Positions 49,666 through 58,560 of a DNA stretch of 64,000 nucleotides are shown here, in pieces; within the stretch, counting starts at the first letter, position 1; every line of letters starts with the position of its first letter. The stretch spans positions 330,433 through 394,432 of the forward strand of contig CAWAPZ010000005.1 in NCBI GenBank assembly GCA_963784045.1. Reading direction: 5' to 3'. Made by a program: the position numbers and the translations under genes. The DNA is from Vicinamibacterales bacterium (GTDB lineage: Bacteria > Acidobacteriota > Vicinamibacteria > Vicinamibacterales > JAMQPK01). Under the pieces are notes generated by a model, which saw nothing but the letters and a program-made list of their open reading frames with translations, searched no databases and was not told the origin of the DNA.

Positions 49666-50348
49666 TCGTGATCGTCCGGGTCTGCGGTGAGGGTATAGCC
49701 GGTGCCGCGGCGCGTCTTAATGAGCTTCACGGACTGGCCGTCGTCGATTTTCCTTCGGAGCCGCTGGATGTAGACCTCGATGAGGTTGGACATTGGATCG
49801 AAGCTATCGTCCCAGACGTGTTCTGCGATGTCAGCTCGACCGACAACGTGCGTCCGCCGGCGCATCAGGAACTCCAGCAGCGCATACTCCTTCGTCGTCA
49901 GCTGAATCAGACGTCCGCCACGCGTGACGCGCCGGGCGCGCGTATCCACGACAAGGTCGTCGAGGGACATCTGCAATGGTTCGAGGACGGGACCGCGCCT
50001 GAGCAGCGCGCGCACCCGTGCCAGTAGCTCCGGAAAATGATAGGGCTTCGACAGATAGTCATCGGCGCCTGCGTCAAGTCCCTCGACACGATCGTCGAGC
50101 CCGCCTCGCGCGGTCAGCATCAAGATCGGCACGGGCGTGGTATCGGCCCGCAGCCGACGACAGAGATCGAGTCCATTGATGCGCGGGAGAAGGACGTCAA
50201 GGATCACGAGGTCGTAGTCGGTCTGTCCCACCTGCTCGAGCGCATCGTGGCCGTCGACGGCGATATCCACCGCATACGCGTGCTCGCGAAGGCCCTTCGC
50301 CAGGACGTTCGCCGCGGCGGGCTCGTCCTCAACGACCAGGATTCTCAT
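49623..50348 (-). CDS. OmpR-family response regulator
   Basis: RILVVEDE, LDVLLP, PILMLTAR, GADDYLSKP, LTTKEY, IEVYIQRLRRK, TRRGTGY. Confidence 0.95.
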   Translation of the reverse strand: MRILVVEDEPAAANVLAKGLREHAYAVDIAVDGHDALEQVGQTDYDLVILDVLLPRINGLDLCRRLRADTTPVPILMLTARGGLDDRVEGLDAGADDYLSKPYHFPELLARVRALLRRGPVLEPLQMSLDDLVVDTRARRVTRGGRLIQLTTKEYALLEFLMRRRTHVVGRADIAEHVWDDSFDPMSNLIEVYIQRLRRKIDDGQSVKLIKTRRGTGYTLTADPDDHDCLIPSARVSRSGT

Positions 50349-50355
50349 CGGCGCA

Positions 50356-51336
50356 TCAATTTCCGAGGGCCGTCACCTTCAGACCCTGGGCGATCTTTTC
50401 CTTGATCTTAGTCGTGTACCGGGCTGTCTGTTCAGCCGTGTATCCGCCGCTGCGAAACGCGTCGTTCCATTGCCGATCCGACAGCTTCGACAGCCGCTCG
50501 CACGTCCAGCGAAGCTGTTGCGGCGTCACGGTCGAGATGACGTCGCGGTAGATGCCCTTGTAATCGAACTCGACATCGCCGTCGTCAATGCGCCTGATAA
50601 ACCCCTGCGCCTCGAACCCTGGCAGATCGTTTCTGGTGCCCTGGCCGAAGCCCCGCAGCCTGAACCACTTGAGCACAGAGGGATACGTGAACTTGCCGAG
50701 CGAAGCGCCAAGGTCGCGCACTATGAACCAGCGCGTCACCCCATTCACAGGCTCGTCGAGCTGGTAAATCTTGTTGTTGGACGTCTTCCAGTCCCAGCTC
50801 GTGAGGAGGAGGTTCGCGACGATCAGGCCCCCGAACTCCGGCGTGCCGACAAATGGATTTTCGTGCCACGGCCAATCGCCGACGACCTTATGGCCCGGCA
50901 CGTCTGGCCGGAACCGGCCGCCCTCCTGTGTACCGGCGCGCGTGCCTTTCAGCGACCAACTCTCCAGATAGTAAGTCGGCGGCTGATGGAATCCGATTCC
51001 CCATAAGATACGCGAGGTTACAACTTCGGATTGAGCTTCCGGGCCGGTCTTGACGCTCCACTCCACGCCGCTGTCGTCACGTACGTCGAAGCCGGGACTC
51101 CATCCGGTCGTGTCTTCGGCGACGTACGTGAATGTCTGTTCACGCGGCGCCCCTCCTTTTCCGCCGGGACCGTGGAACAGATCGCGCGGTTCGAGAGGCG
51201 CCTGCCATAATTCGGAGATGACGGCCGGCGCGGCGGGCGTCAGTTGCACCTGACGCACGTGACGCGCGCATGCCGCAACGGTGACCGCGGTGATCGCCGC
51301 CGCGAACACGACGATGGAGCGCGGGCGCGATGTCAT
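50356..51336 (-). CDS. Lipoprotein with atypical protein-kinase-like motifs
   Basis: Lipobox VAAC; WSVKTG (beta3 Lys), EAQSE (alphaC Glu), DWKTSNN (catalytic loop), RDLG (DFG-like); ATGA-coupled to the upstream gene. Confidence 0.7.
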   Translation of the reverse strand: MTSRPRSIVVFAAAITAVTVAACARHVRQVQLTPAAPAVISELWQAPLEPRDLFHGPGGKGGAPREQTFTYVAEDTTGWSPGFDVRDDSGVEWSVKTGPEAQSEVVTSRILWGIGFHQPPTYYLESWSLKGTRAGTQEGGRFRPDVPGHKVVGDWPWHENPFVGTPEFGGLIVANLLLTSWDWKTSNNKIYQLDEPVNGVTRWFIVRDLGASLGKFTYPSVLKWFRLRGFGQGTRNDLPGFEAQGFIRRIDDGDVEFDYKGIYRDVISTVTPQQLRWTCERLSKLSDRQWNDAFRSGGYTAEQTARYTTKIKEKIAQGLKVTALGN

Positions 51337-52223
51337 TTGGCGCATGACAGCACCGCCAGCGTTCCAGGCTGTGATTTACCGCCGCCTTCGCCAGCGACAT
51401 AAATCGTATTGCTCAACGGCCCGAAGGCGACCGCTTCACCCTGCGGCTCGCCGAGGGACTTCAAGTCCACGCGCCGGGCTACCTTAAAGTCGCCCTTGAG
51501 AAACTCGGCCGCGCGATAGAACGTCAGCGCCCCGCGCGTGCGTAGGACGACCCATTCGCCGTCGGAAGAAATCGCGCCGTCGGTGATTCGCGCGTCCTGA
51601 GCCGACTCGCCGTTGGACAGCGGCGCGCCGACGCGCTCGAGCCGCAGGGTCGTGCCGGCACGCAACTCGCGAGGGAAACGATAGAGGGCGATGTGACCGG
51701 TCTCCCCCTTTGTCACGATGTAGAGCGTGCCGTCGGTCGCGGCGAGCAGCGCTTCCGCGTCGTGCGCCCCATCGGGATAGGACGCCCGAAAGACGCCGTC
51801 GACCTGGGCGGAGCCGCCGGCCTTCGCAGGCTCGGGCACGCGATAGATGACAATCTCACTACGCTTGCCGTTGTTGTCACCGATATCACCGATGTACAAA
51901 CACGTGCCCTTTTCGCAAGCACCCGACGCCAAAGCCTCCCAGTCCTCGAGGGCTGCTCCTGCGATCGACACGCGGCCCGTCACCGTCCCTTTTGCGTCGA
52001 GTGCGACAATCTCCGGTTTTCCCGAGTCGTTGTGCGCCCAAAGCCGTCCAGGCGTTACGCGGCTCGCTATGAGACCGCTCGCCTCCGGCAGGTCGGCAAG
52101 CGGCATCATCGAGCCGGCGGGTTTGCAGGCCGGAGCCGAGTTTGCCTGGGACGCTGTCCAGCCCGTTGCCGGCATGCCCGCTGCTATGCCGGCGCAAATG
52201 ACCATCACACATCGCTTCAGCAT
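51333..52223 (-). CDS. Secreted acidic beta-propeller protein (SdiA-regulated/phytase-like)
   Basis: Signal peptide; EASGL, HNDSG, DWEAL, DIGDN, HDAEAL, QGEAV repeats. Confidence 0.75.
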   Translation of the reverse strand: MLKRCVMVICAGIAAGMPATGWTASQANSAPACKPAGSMMPLADLPEASGLIASRVTPGRLWAHNDSGKPEIVALDAKGTVTGRVSIAGAALEDWEALASGACEKGTCLYIGDIGDNNGKRSEIVIYRVPEPAKAGGSAQVDGVFRASYPDGAHDAEALLAATDGTLYIVTKGETGHIALYRFPRELRAGTTLRLERVGAPLSNGESAQDARITDGAISSDGEWVVLRTRGALTFYRAAEFLKGDFKVARRVDLKSLGEPQGEAVAFGPLSNTIYVAGEGGGKSQPGTLAVLSCAK

Positions 52224-52320
52224 CGTCACATTCTCCCCTGTCGCCACGATAGCCAACGTATATGAATGGCAGATAAATGTGAGCAGGTCGGCTGGCGCGC
52301 ACATTGCTTCAATGGAAATC

Positions 52321-52998
52321 ATGCGTAATGTCATCCTCGCCCTTATGCTGCTGCCCATCGCAGCCGCAGCTCAGACGGCGGGCACGCCGCCACGCGCGCT
52401 CCCGGCAAGCGCGACAACACAACTCGTACAAAGCCTCGACGCCGCGAAGCAGCACGCATCCCATGTCTGGCGTGACACGCCAGCGATGAATAAGGACGGG
52501 ACGGTGAACGCGTATGTCGAGATTCCGCGCGGCGAACTTCGGAAGTGGGAGTTCGACATGAAGGCCAACGCGCGCGCGATCGATCGGGTGATGCCACACG
52601 AAATTGGCGGTTACCCTGTGAACTACGGCTTCGTGCCGCAGACGGTGTCGTATGACGGCGACCCTTTCGACGTCTTGGTGCTTGGCCCGGCGCTTCCCGG
52701 CGGCGAACTCGCGGTCGGCGTCATCGTCGGCGTGATGTTCATGGAAGATGAGAAGGGTCTGGACTCGAAAGTCGTGACGTCGGCGGTGGACGACAGCGGC
52801 CGGCCTCGCTACTCGCTCTCGTCGGCAGATCGCAAGCGAATCGGCGGCTATTTCGCGCGATACAAGCAGCACGAGCCCGGCAAGTTCTCGAAAGTGCCCG
52901 GATGGGGATCGCCGGCCGACGGCCTGGCGCATGTGCAGACCGCGCACGCGTTTTTTCGCGAGTGCGCAAAGGTCGTCGATCGATGCGTACTACCGTAG
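52321..52998 (+). CDS. ppa: Family I inorganic pyrophosphatase with signal peptide
   Basis: VEIPRG, YPVNYGFVPQT, DGDPFDV, MEDEKGLDSK; N-terminal MRNVILALMLLPIAAAAQ. Confidence 0.85.
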   Translation: MRNVILALMLLPIAAAAQTAGTPPRALPASATTQLVQSLDAAKQHASHVWRDTPAMNKDGTVNAYVEIPRGELRKWEFDMKANARAIDRVMPHEIGGYPVNYGFVPQTVSYDGDPFDVLVLGPALPGGELAVGVIVGVMFMEDEKGLDSKVVTSAVDDSGRPRYSLSSADRKRIGGYFARYKQHEPGKFSKVPGWGSPADGLAHVQTAHAFFRECAKVVDRCVLP

Positions 52999-53044
52999 CT
53001 TGCCGGAGGCATAACCTCCGTGCCCGGGGCTGCGGGAGTCCTCG

Positions 53045-54160
53045 CTACTGCTGTTTCCACCCGAACGCGTTCATCATGACGTCAAACAGGTCTGTGTTGG
53101 CGAGGTAGCCCCGCACGCGATCGGCGCCAGGGCCCTGCGCGGCGGCGAGCACTTCCTCGCCGGTGTGGCCGTTGTCCATCCGAACGGCCGGAATCCTGAT
53201 GTCGCGGCGCTTTTCCTCGATCCTCTTCGCGTCGGCTTCGTCGAAGCCTTCGAGAAGCGGCACGCCTGCCTGGCCGCCACGCACGCGGATGTCGAACGAG
53301 TGATCCGCGGTGAAAAGCAGCAGCGTGTCACCACCGGCGGCTTGTGCCGTGTGCTCGATGACACGATCGAGTGCCACCATCCGATCGAGACCCCGACGCA
53401 GCGAATCCGTGTGGGTGTCCCACTCGACCATCAGGAAATAGCCTTTCGGATTCCTCGACAGCATTCGCCGAGCGAGTTGCACGGCCTCAGCCAGATCGAA
53501 GTCCGCCGAATCGAGGAGCACAATCGCCCGCGTTAAGTTGGGTGCCACGTCTGTGAGTGACGGCAGCAGCGGACGTCCTCGCTCGCCTGCCAGCACGTCG
53601 ATATTGACACCGGCCGCGGCGAGCGCCTTGGTGATGGCCGGGCGCCCCGCACCGATCATCACATCGACGCCGTCGCCCATGCGCGGCTTGAATACCTGCT
53701 GGAAGATCGCGGCCATTTGCGTGCGATCGTTCGCCTTGGCGTAAAGCGACGCGGGCGTTGCCCCGGTCACAGCATCGTTGGTGATAATCCCCGTCGAGAG
53801 TCCGCGTTCTTCCGCATGCTCCAGGATGGTCTTCAGCGGCTCCCCGTCGCGGACACCGCGCTGGGCCGATGCCGACTGCGCGACCACGCTGTTGTTCGTC
53901 CTGGTTCCGGTCACGATCGCAGTCATTCCCGCGGCCGAGTCGGTCACGTATCCCGAAGCGCTCGACGTGTCCGACAGAGCGATATTCGGCATTCGCTGCA
54001 CGAACAACCTGCGCGCCGCGCCGTAACCGTGAAGGCTCGCGGCATGGATGGTTGGAATGCCGCCCGCGTCGGCCAGGAACAGAATCACGTTCTTGGCGCG
54101 GCTCTGCGCGGCCACCACCAAGGGGACAATGAGCAGCAGGACGATAGCAAGTCTGGGCAT
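53045..54160 (-). CDS. Secreted alkaline phosphatase
   Basis: KNVILFLAD, TDSAAG (Ser nucleophile), ATPA, GYFLMVE, TADH, HTGEEV. Confidence 0.88.
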   Translation of the reverse strand: MPRLAIVLLLIVPLVVAAQSRAKNVILFLADAGGIPTIHAASLHGYGAARRLFVQRMPNIALSDTSSASGYVTDSAAGMTAIVTGTRTNNSVVAQSASAQRGVRDGEPLKTILEHAEERGLSTGIITNDAVTGATPASLYAKANDRTQMAAIFQQVFKPRMGDGVDVMIGAGRPAITKALAAAGVNIDVLAGERGRPLLPSLTDVAPNLTRAIVLLDSADFDLAEAVQLARRMLSRNPKGYFLMVEWDTHTDSLRRGLDRMVALDRVIEHTAQAAGGDTLLLFTADHSFDIRVRGGQAGVPLLEGFDEADAKRIEEKRRDIRIPAVRMDNGHTGEEVLAAAQGPGADRVRGYLANTDLFDVMMNAFGWKQQ

Positions 54161-54428
54161 GGGGGACCCCGCAGGTGATGTTGTTGACGGTGCCAGGTAA
54201 TTATACGGTGAGGGTTCACGCAGCGTCGTCCCGTCTCCCACGCGGCGATAACACGCCTCTCCTTCACTCGACCTCGAGAATTGCCTCTACTTCGACCGGC
54301 GCCAAGATCACTGGGCGATTGCAGTAACTAAGTGTTCGAAGCCGCCGTCCGTATTTATCTGCCGTTCATCCAGGCTTGATAGGCTCGACTCACGAAGGGC
54401 ATTGCTGCCCCCGAAGAGGGAGGACCCG

Positions 54429-54884
54429 ATGACGAAGCTCACAAGAATGATTCTCCTCCTGGTCGTCATGTTGGTGACCGGAGGTATCGCATCTGTGTGG
54501 GTGCAGGACACGTTCGCCGCGCAGAGCAACGAAGCGTCGCTTCCTGAGGATGTCGGCGACCTGTCGAACGCCACGACGGTTGAGGTGAAGGACAGCACCG
54601 GAACAGTGGTTCTGAGAGGGCACTTCGTCGATTCGCCCGAAGACGACGACGATGTTGAGCGAAAAGCGACGCTCACGGGAACCACTGCCAAGGCCACGGG
54701 CGAGGCGGAGATTGAGGTGTCCCGGAATAATAATCGCCTCGATCAGGAGGTCGAGGTGTCTGTCTCTAACCTCACTCCTGATGCGACATACACGGTTTTC
54801 GTCGATGCGAAACAGTTGGGAACATTTCGGACGAATAAGAACGGAAAAGCAGAAATGGAGCTGACGACAGCGTCAGTGAGTTAG
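54429..54884 (+). CDS. Secreted beta-rich hypothetical protein (paralog A)
   Basis: GGGAGG RBS; signal peptide; similar to 55032-55595. Confidence 0.8.
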   Translation: MTKLTRMILLLVVMLVTGGIASVWVQDTFAAQSNEASLPEDVGDLSNATTVEVKDSTGTVVLRGHFVDSPEDDDDVERKATLTGTTAKATGEAEIEVSRNNNRLDQEVEVSVSNLTPDATYTVFVDAKQLGTFRTNKNGKAEMELTTASVS

Positions 54885-54891
54885 AAGGGAT

Positions 54892-54923
54892 GAGAAGCCG
54901 CTTTCGCAACTATGCGGCTTCTC
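54892..54923 (+). terminator. Hairpin, likely terminator
   Basis: gagaagccgc-N12-gcggcttctc. Confidence 0.55.
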
Positions 54924-55031
54924 CGCTTGAACGAGATACGTGAGAGACAAGGCGAGGGACCCATTCGGAACGAACGCGCTCGTCCAGGCGATCAACCGTC
55001 TTATGGAGCGGCGCCTGCGCGCGAACTACCT

Positions 55032-55595
55032 TCAGCACCGCGGTGGACTGGAGGTTTCGCCCTCCTGAAGCTCCATGTCGAAGCTGCCTCGATCGTCAGT
55101 CGTGAACGCGCCAATAATCTGATCGTCGACGACCACCGTGAACATCTCGCGAGCTGGCAAACCCATTACGTCCACTTCGAGCTCGGCACGCCGATGCTCG
55201 CGTGTGGGCGCTGGGATCTCGATCTCGACCTCGCCGATAACGGTTCGCCCTCGCCGATCCATCAGCGCGGCGTCCTTCTCGGTGTTACCCAGCAGGTCGA
55301 CGCGCGACCGAAACTCCCCCGACAGCACAGTGAGGCCGCGGCGGTCGCGAATCTCCACGATGTGGGCCTCCGACACATCACCTAATGTCATGGCCGATGG
55401 CGTTCTATTCGCGCCGGTCAGGGTCGGCATCACGATTCCGCCCGTTACCACAAGGCCGCAGAAGAGCATCAGCCGTCCCAGCAGTTGTCGACCCGCGTCG
55501 CGGTCAAGGGTGGAGGTCAACGGGGCTGGGCCTGCGCCCTTGTGCAGATCTCCGGTCATATGGATGCCTGTCTCTCCGTCTATCTCGTCGTCCAT
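55032..55595 (-). CDS. Membrane-anchored beta-rich hypothetical protein (paralog B)
   Basis: TM segment; GDVSEAHIVEIRD...VLSGEF...GEVEIEI...LEVDV...FTTDDRG aligns with paralog A. Confidence 0.75.
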   Translation of the reverse strand: MDDEIDGETGIHMTGDLHKGAGPAPLTSTLDRDAGRQLLGRLMLFCGLVVTGGIVMPTLTGANRTPSAMTLGDVSEAHIVEIRDRRGLTVLSGEFRSRVDLLGNTEKDAALMDRRGRTVIGEVEIEIPAPTREHRRAELEVDVMGLPAREMFTVVVDDQIIGAFTTDDRGSFDMELQEGETSSPPRC

Positions 55596-55682
55596 TTCAA
55601 GCTGGGAAGAGGCTACCAGCTCAAGATGACTCTGCGATTAACGCGCCGCGCCCTGCGACCGACGTGAGCGAGATGCCGAGAT

Positions 55683-56639
55683 CTACGCGTTCTGGTCCTG
55701 CGGGTGAGAGCGCGCCGTCTTCGATGGCCATACGAGCGACGCCGCAACCGCCGCCGCCAGCACGAGCGCGATCACGCCCAAGGACACACCAATGGGGACC
55801 TTGTACACATCGGCCACCAGCATCTTTGCGCCGACAAACACGAGCACGCCTGAGAGTCCGACCCTGAGATAGTGGAAGCGATGGATGACGCGGGCGAGCA
55901 GAAAATACAGCGCACGGAGGCCAAGAATCGCGAAGACGTTCGAGCTATAGACGATGAATGGGTCCTGCGTGACCGCGAAGATGGCCGGTATGGAATCCAC
56001 CGCAAAAATCAGATCGGTCGTTTCAACGAGGGCCAATACGACGAAGAGGGGGGTCGCGGCGAGCCGCAGCGCTCCGCCAATTTCTTCACGCACAAAGAAG
56101 CTCTGTCCGTGGTAGGTGGCAGTCACTGGCAGCAGCCGACGTACGATCCGGATCGCCACGTTCGATTCCAGATCGATATCGTGGTCGATCTGGGTTGCCA
56201 TGCGAATCCCGGTAAAGACCAGGAACGCTCCAAACAGGTACATCACCCAGTGAAATTGCTGTATGAGATAGGCCCCTGCGACGATCATCACGCCGCGCAT
56301 CACCAGAGCGCCGAGAATTCCCCAGAACAGCACGCGATGCTGATAGCGCAGCGGGACGCGAAAGAAGCCGAAAATCAGGACGAACACGAAGACGTTGTCG
56401 ACGGAAAGCGCCTTTTCGATCAGGTAACCGGCGAAGTACTCCAATCCGGCCTCGCGTCCCATGAGCGCATACACGCCGGCACCGAACAGCAGCGCGAGCG
56501 CCACCCACACAACGGTCCACGTTGCCGCCTCTGCCGACGTGACTTCATGCGCCTCCTTGTGGAAAACGAACAAATCGACCGCCAACATCGCCAGGACGAA
56601 TCCGTTGAACCCGACCCACAACCAAAACTGATCCACCAT
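55683..56639 (-). CDS. TerC/Alx-family membrane protein (Mn homeostasis)
   Basis: LAVDL, YLIEKALSVDNVFVF, QHRVLFWGILGALVMR, ETTDLIFAVDSIPA, SNVFAILGLRALYF. Confidence 0.93.
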   Translation of the reverse strand: MVDQFWLWVGFNGFVLAMLAVDLFVFHKEAHEVTSAEAATWTVVWVALALLFGAGVYALMGREAGLEYFAGYLIEKALSVDNVFVFVLIFGFFRVPLRYQHRVLFWGILGALVMRGVMIVAGAYLIQQFHWVMYLFGAFLVFTGIRMATQIDHDIDLESNVAIRIVRRLLPVTATYHGQSFFVREEIGGALRLAATPLFVVLALVETTDLIFAVDSIPAIFAVTQDPFIVYSSNVFAILGLRALYFLLARVIHRFHYLRVGLSGVLVFVGAKMLVADVYKVPIGVSLGVIALVLAAAVAASLVWPSKTARSHPQDQNA

Positions 56640-56721
56640 CGATCTGCTCCCGTTCCGCGTGTGTCTTTTCGCTGACTTGCACGCAGATGTAGCGGCGGTG
56701 CCACGTTGCATCGCCGAACAA

Positions 56722-56872
56722 AGAAAAGGCGAGACCCTCGCACCGGGGCTGTTCGCCGCTCGTGCGAAGGTCTCGCCTGTTCCTCGGGAACTCGACCGAA
56801 CCGTGCGCGCGTCCGCGCAGTCTTGACGATTCGGCCGCGCGGGCAGAACCCGCGTGGCTACTCCCCTTCTCT
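56722..56872 (-). ncRNA. yybP-ykoY (Mn2+) riboswitch with overlapping intrinsic terminator
   Basis: Minus strand AAGGGGAGTAGC...CGTCAAGAC...GGCGAGACCTT; GGCGAGACC pairs with GGTCTCGCC-TTTTCTTT; upstream of terC. Confidence 0.85.
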
Positions 56873-56877
56873 ACTTA

Positions 56878-56905
56878 ATGCTAGACGCTCTTGCTGATCT
56901 GTCAA
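56878..56905 (-). promoter_or_regulatory. Sigma70 promoter for the riboswitch-terC transcript
   Basis: TTGACA-N16-TAGCAT immediately upstream of the riboswitch. Confidence 0.65.
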
Positions 56906-57092
56906 CCCGCGCCGCCATCTCATATCGGCGGGCTGGTCTACGCATTATCTCATTGACGGTGGTTATCTCCAAAAGGAGTCGCGAGTCATAACTCGCGGGG
57001 TACGCCAGCCCGAGCAGTCGAAGGGGTCAATCGTCCGCTCATCGGGTGATCGGGGACCTCGTGAAATTCTCTCTATTTCGAGCGGAATCATT

Positions 57093-57197
57093 CGGCAACA
57101 CAAGCTCCGCGCGGGATGCCCAGATGACTTTCGATTTCTCGATCTTCATACCCTCGATCTGGTCCCACTGGAGGGACAGGATCTCACCGCGGCGCCG
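57093..57197 (-). mobile_element. Tyrosine recombinase/phage integrase fragment
   Basis: Translates RRRGEILSLQWDQIEGMKIEKSKVIWASRAELVLP (box I-like); no intact ORF. Confidence 0.65.
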
Positions 57198-57555
57198 CTA
57201 CTGCCTCTCCTTCGTCGCCTGAGCGCGTTTCATCGTCGTTTTCCTCCGCGCTCCCATCTCCGACCCGTCTTTTTCGTAGCGTTTCCGTCTCGACGGAAAA
57301 GCGCGCCTTTCCTCGATTGGAATGTTCTTCCACGTTGCAGGGCATCGAAACAGGCGAGGAGACAATGAACGTCATACAGACACACAATCTGCAATCGAAA
57401 TCATTCATGTTCCGCTCTCGCTTCGTCGCGCCGGCGGGCAGTCGCAGCTTGGAGATCACCCATTCGCACGACAACTACGCCTTTCTGATCGAATCGTTCT
57501 CGCCGGCCACTGGTGGCGGCGGCCCAACGGCGTGGCCTGGTTGCTTGGGGATGTT

Positions 57556-58401
57556 CTAGTTCTTCTGAAACGCCACGTCCACGTGCGTCCCTGGGATGGT
57601 GCCGAACAGGGCATCCGTCACACGGAACACGTGCATCAGCGCACGTTTGATGGGACGGTAGCTTGGGCTCAGATGTTGGAACCAATAGGCCGCCCGATCG
57701 TCGATGCGTGGTTGGAGGATGCGTGCCGTCGGGCCGAGATCGCGCTGCAACGAGCGTTCGGTGCCGCCACGAATCCCGGCTCGGAGGTACTCACCCCACG
57801 TGCCTTTGTGCGGGTATTTGCCGAAGCGCGAGCCAAGCGCGTGCGTCAGGCTATCGGGCAGGTAGTTGAGCCCGGGCAGGCCGGTGGTGTGATGTTCGAT
57901 CGGGAACCAGCGATGCGGCGTGCCGCTGATGAACAGGATTCCGCCTGGTTTCAGGGCATTCCACAAGAGCGGCATCGTCACGCGCCGCTCATGCGGCAGC
58001 AGATGTTCGTAGACGGCCGACAGCATCACGTAGTCGAAGGTGCCAATGTCGGACGGCAATTGATCGCCTGCAGGCGACACGAGAAAGCGGAGATTGGTGA
58101 GCCCGGCGTCGTTGCGGAGATGGGTCGCGATGCGGACCCGCTCGCGATTGAGTTCGACGCCGACGATCTCTGTCTCCGGGAGCAAGCGGGCGATCGCCAA
58201 GCTGGACGCACCTACACCGCAGCCGAAATCGAGCAGGCGCTTCCCGCGGCACTGCGACAGATCCACATATGCGGTCAGTTGACGAATCAGCGCCTTGGCG
58301 ACGTCGCCGTCTGGGTCGAGGCGACTGAGTGCGTCTTCGAGCCACTCGCCCGCGTGGGCGGCCAACAGGGCACGCGTGTCCGGGGCGCAGGTGGCAGGCA
58401 T
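57556..58401 (-). CDS. Class I SAM-dependent methyltransferase
   Basis: LLDFGCGVG, FDYVMLSAVYEH, LKPGG, TPHRWFPIEHHT. Confidence 0.85.
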   Translation of the reverse strand: MPATCAPDTRALLAAHAGEWLEDALSRLDPDGDVAKALIRQLTAYVDLSQCRGKRLLDFGCGVGASSLAIARLLPETEIVGVELNRERVRIATHLRNDAGLTNLRFLVSPAGDQLPSDIGTFDYVMLSAVYEHLLPHERRVTMPLLWNALKPGGILFISGTPHRWFPIEHHTTGLPGLNYLPDSLTHALGSRFGKYPHKGTWGEYLRAGIRGGTERSLQRDLGPTARILQPRIDDRAAYWFQHLSPSYRPIKRALMHVFRVTDALFGTIPGTHVDVAFQKN

Positions 58402-58560
58402 GGAAAAAGACGCTACCACAGGCGGATCGACGCCGCAACGCTACAGTTGGTGGCTCGGCCCTGCCCGGCAATAAGACAGGGCGGGTTGTTCTCATGAGGC
58501 GCTTTGACGATGGCGGCGCGGTTGCGAAGAATGGCCAAGATGAATCGGCAACGGTTTCGC

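Noticed and set aside
51847-52320. Long N-terminal extension of the pyrophosphatase ORF
   Set aside because: Antisense to the propeller gene; the signal peptide begins at 52321.
56722-56872. Structured leader as a novel RNA
   Set aside because: It matches the known yybP-ykoY riboswitch in its typical terC context.
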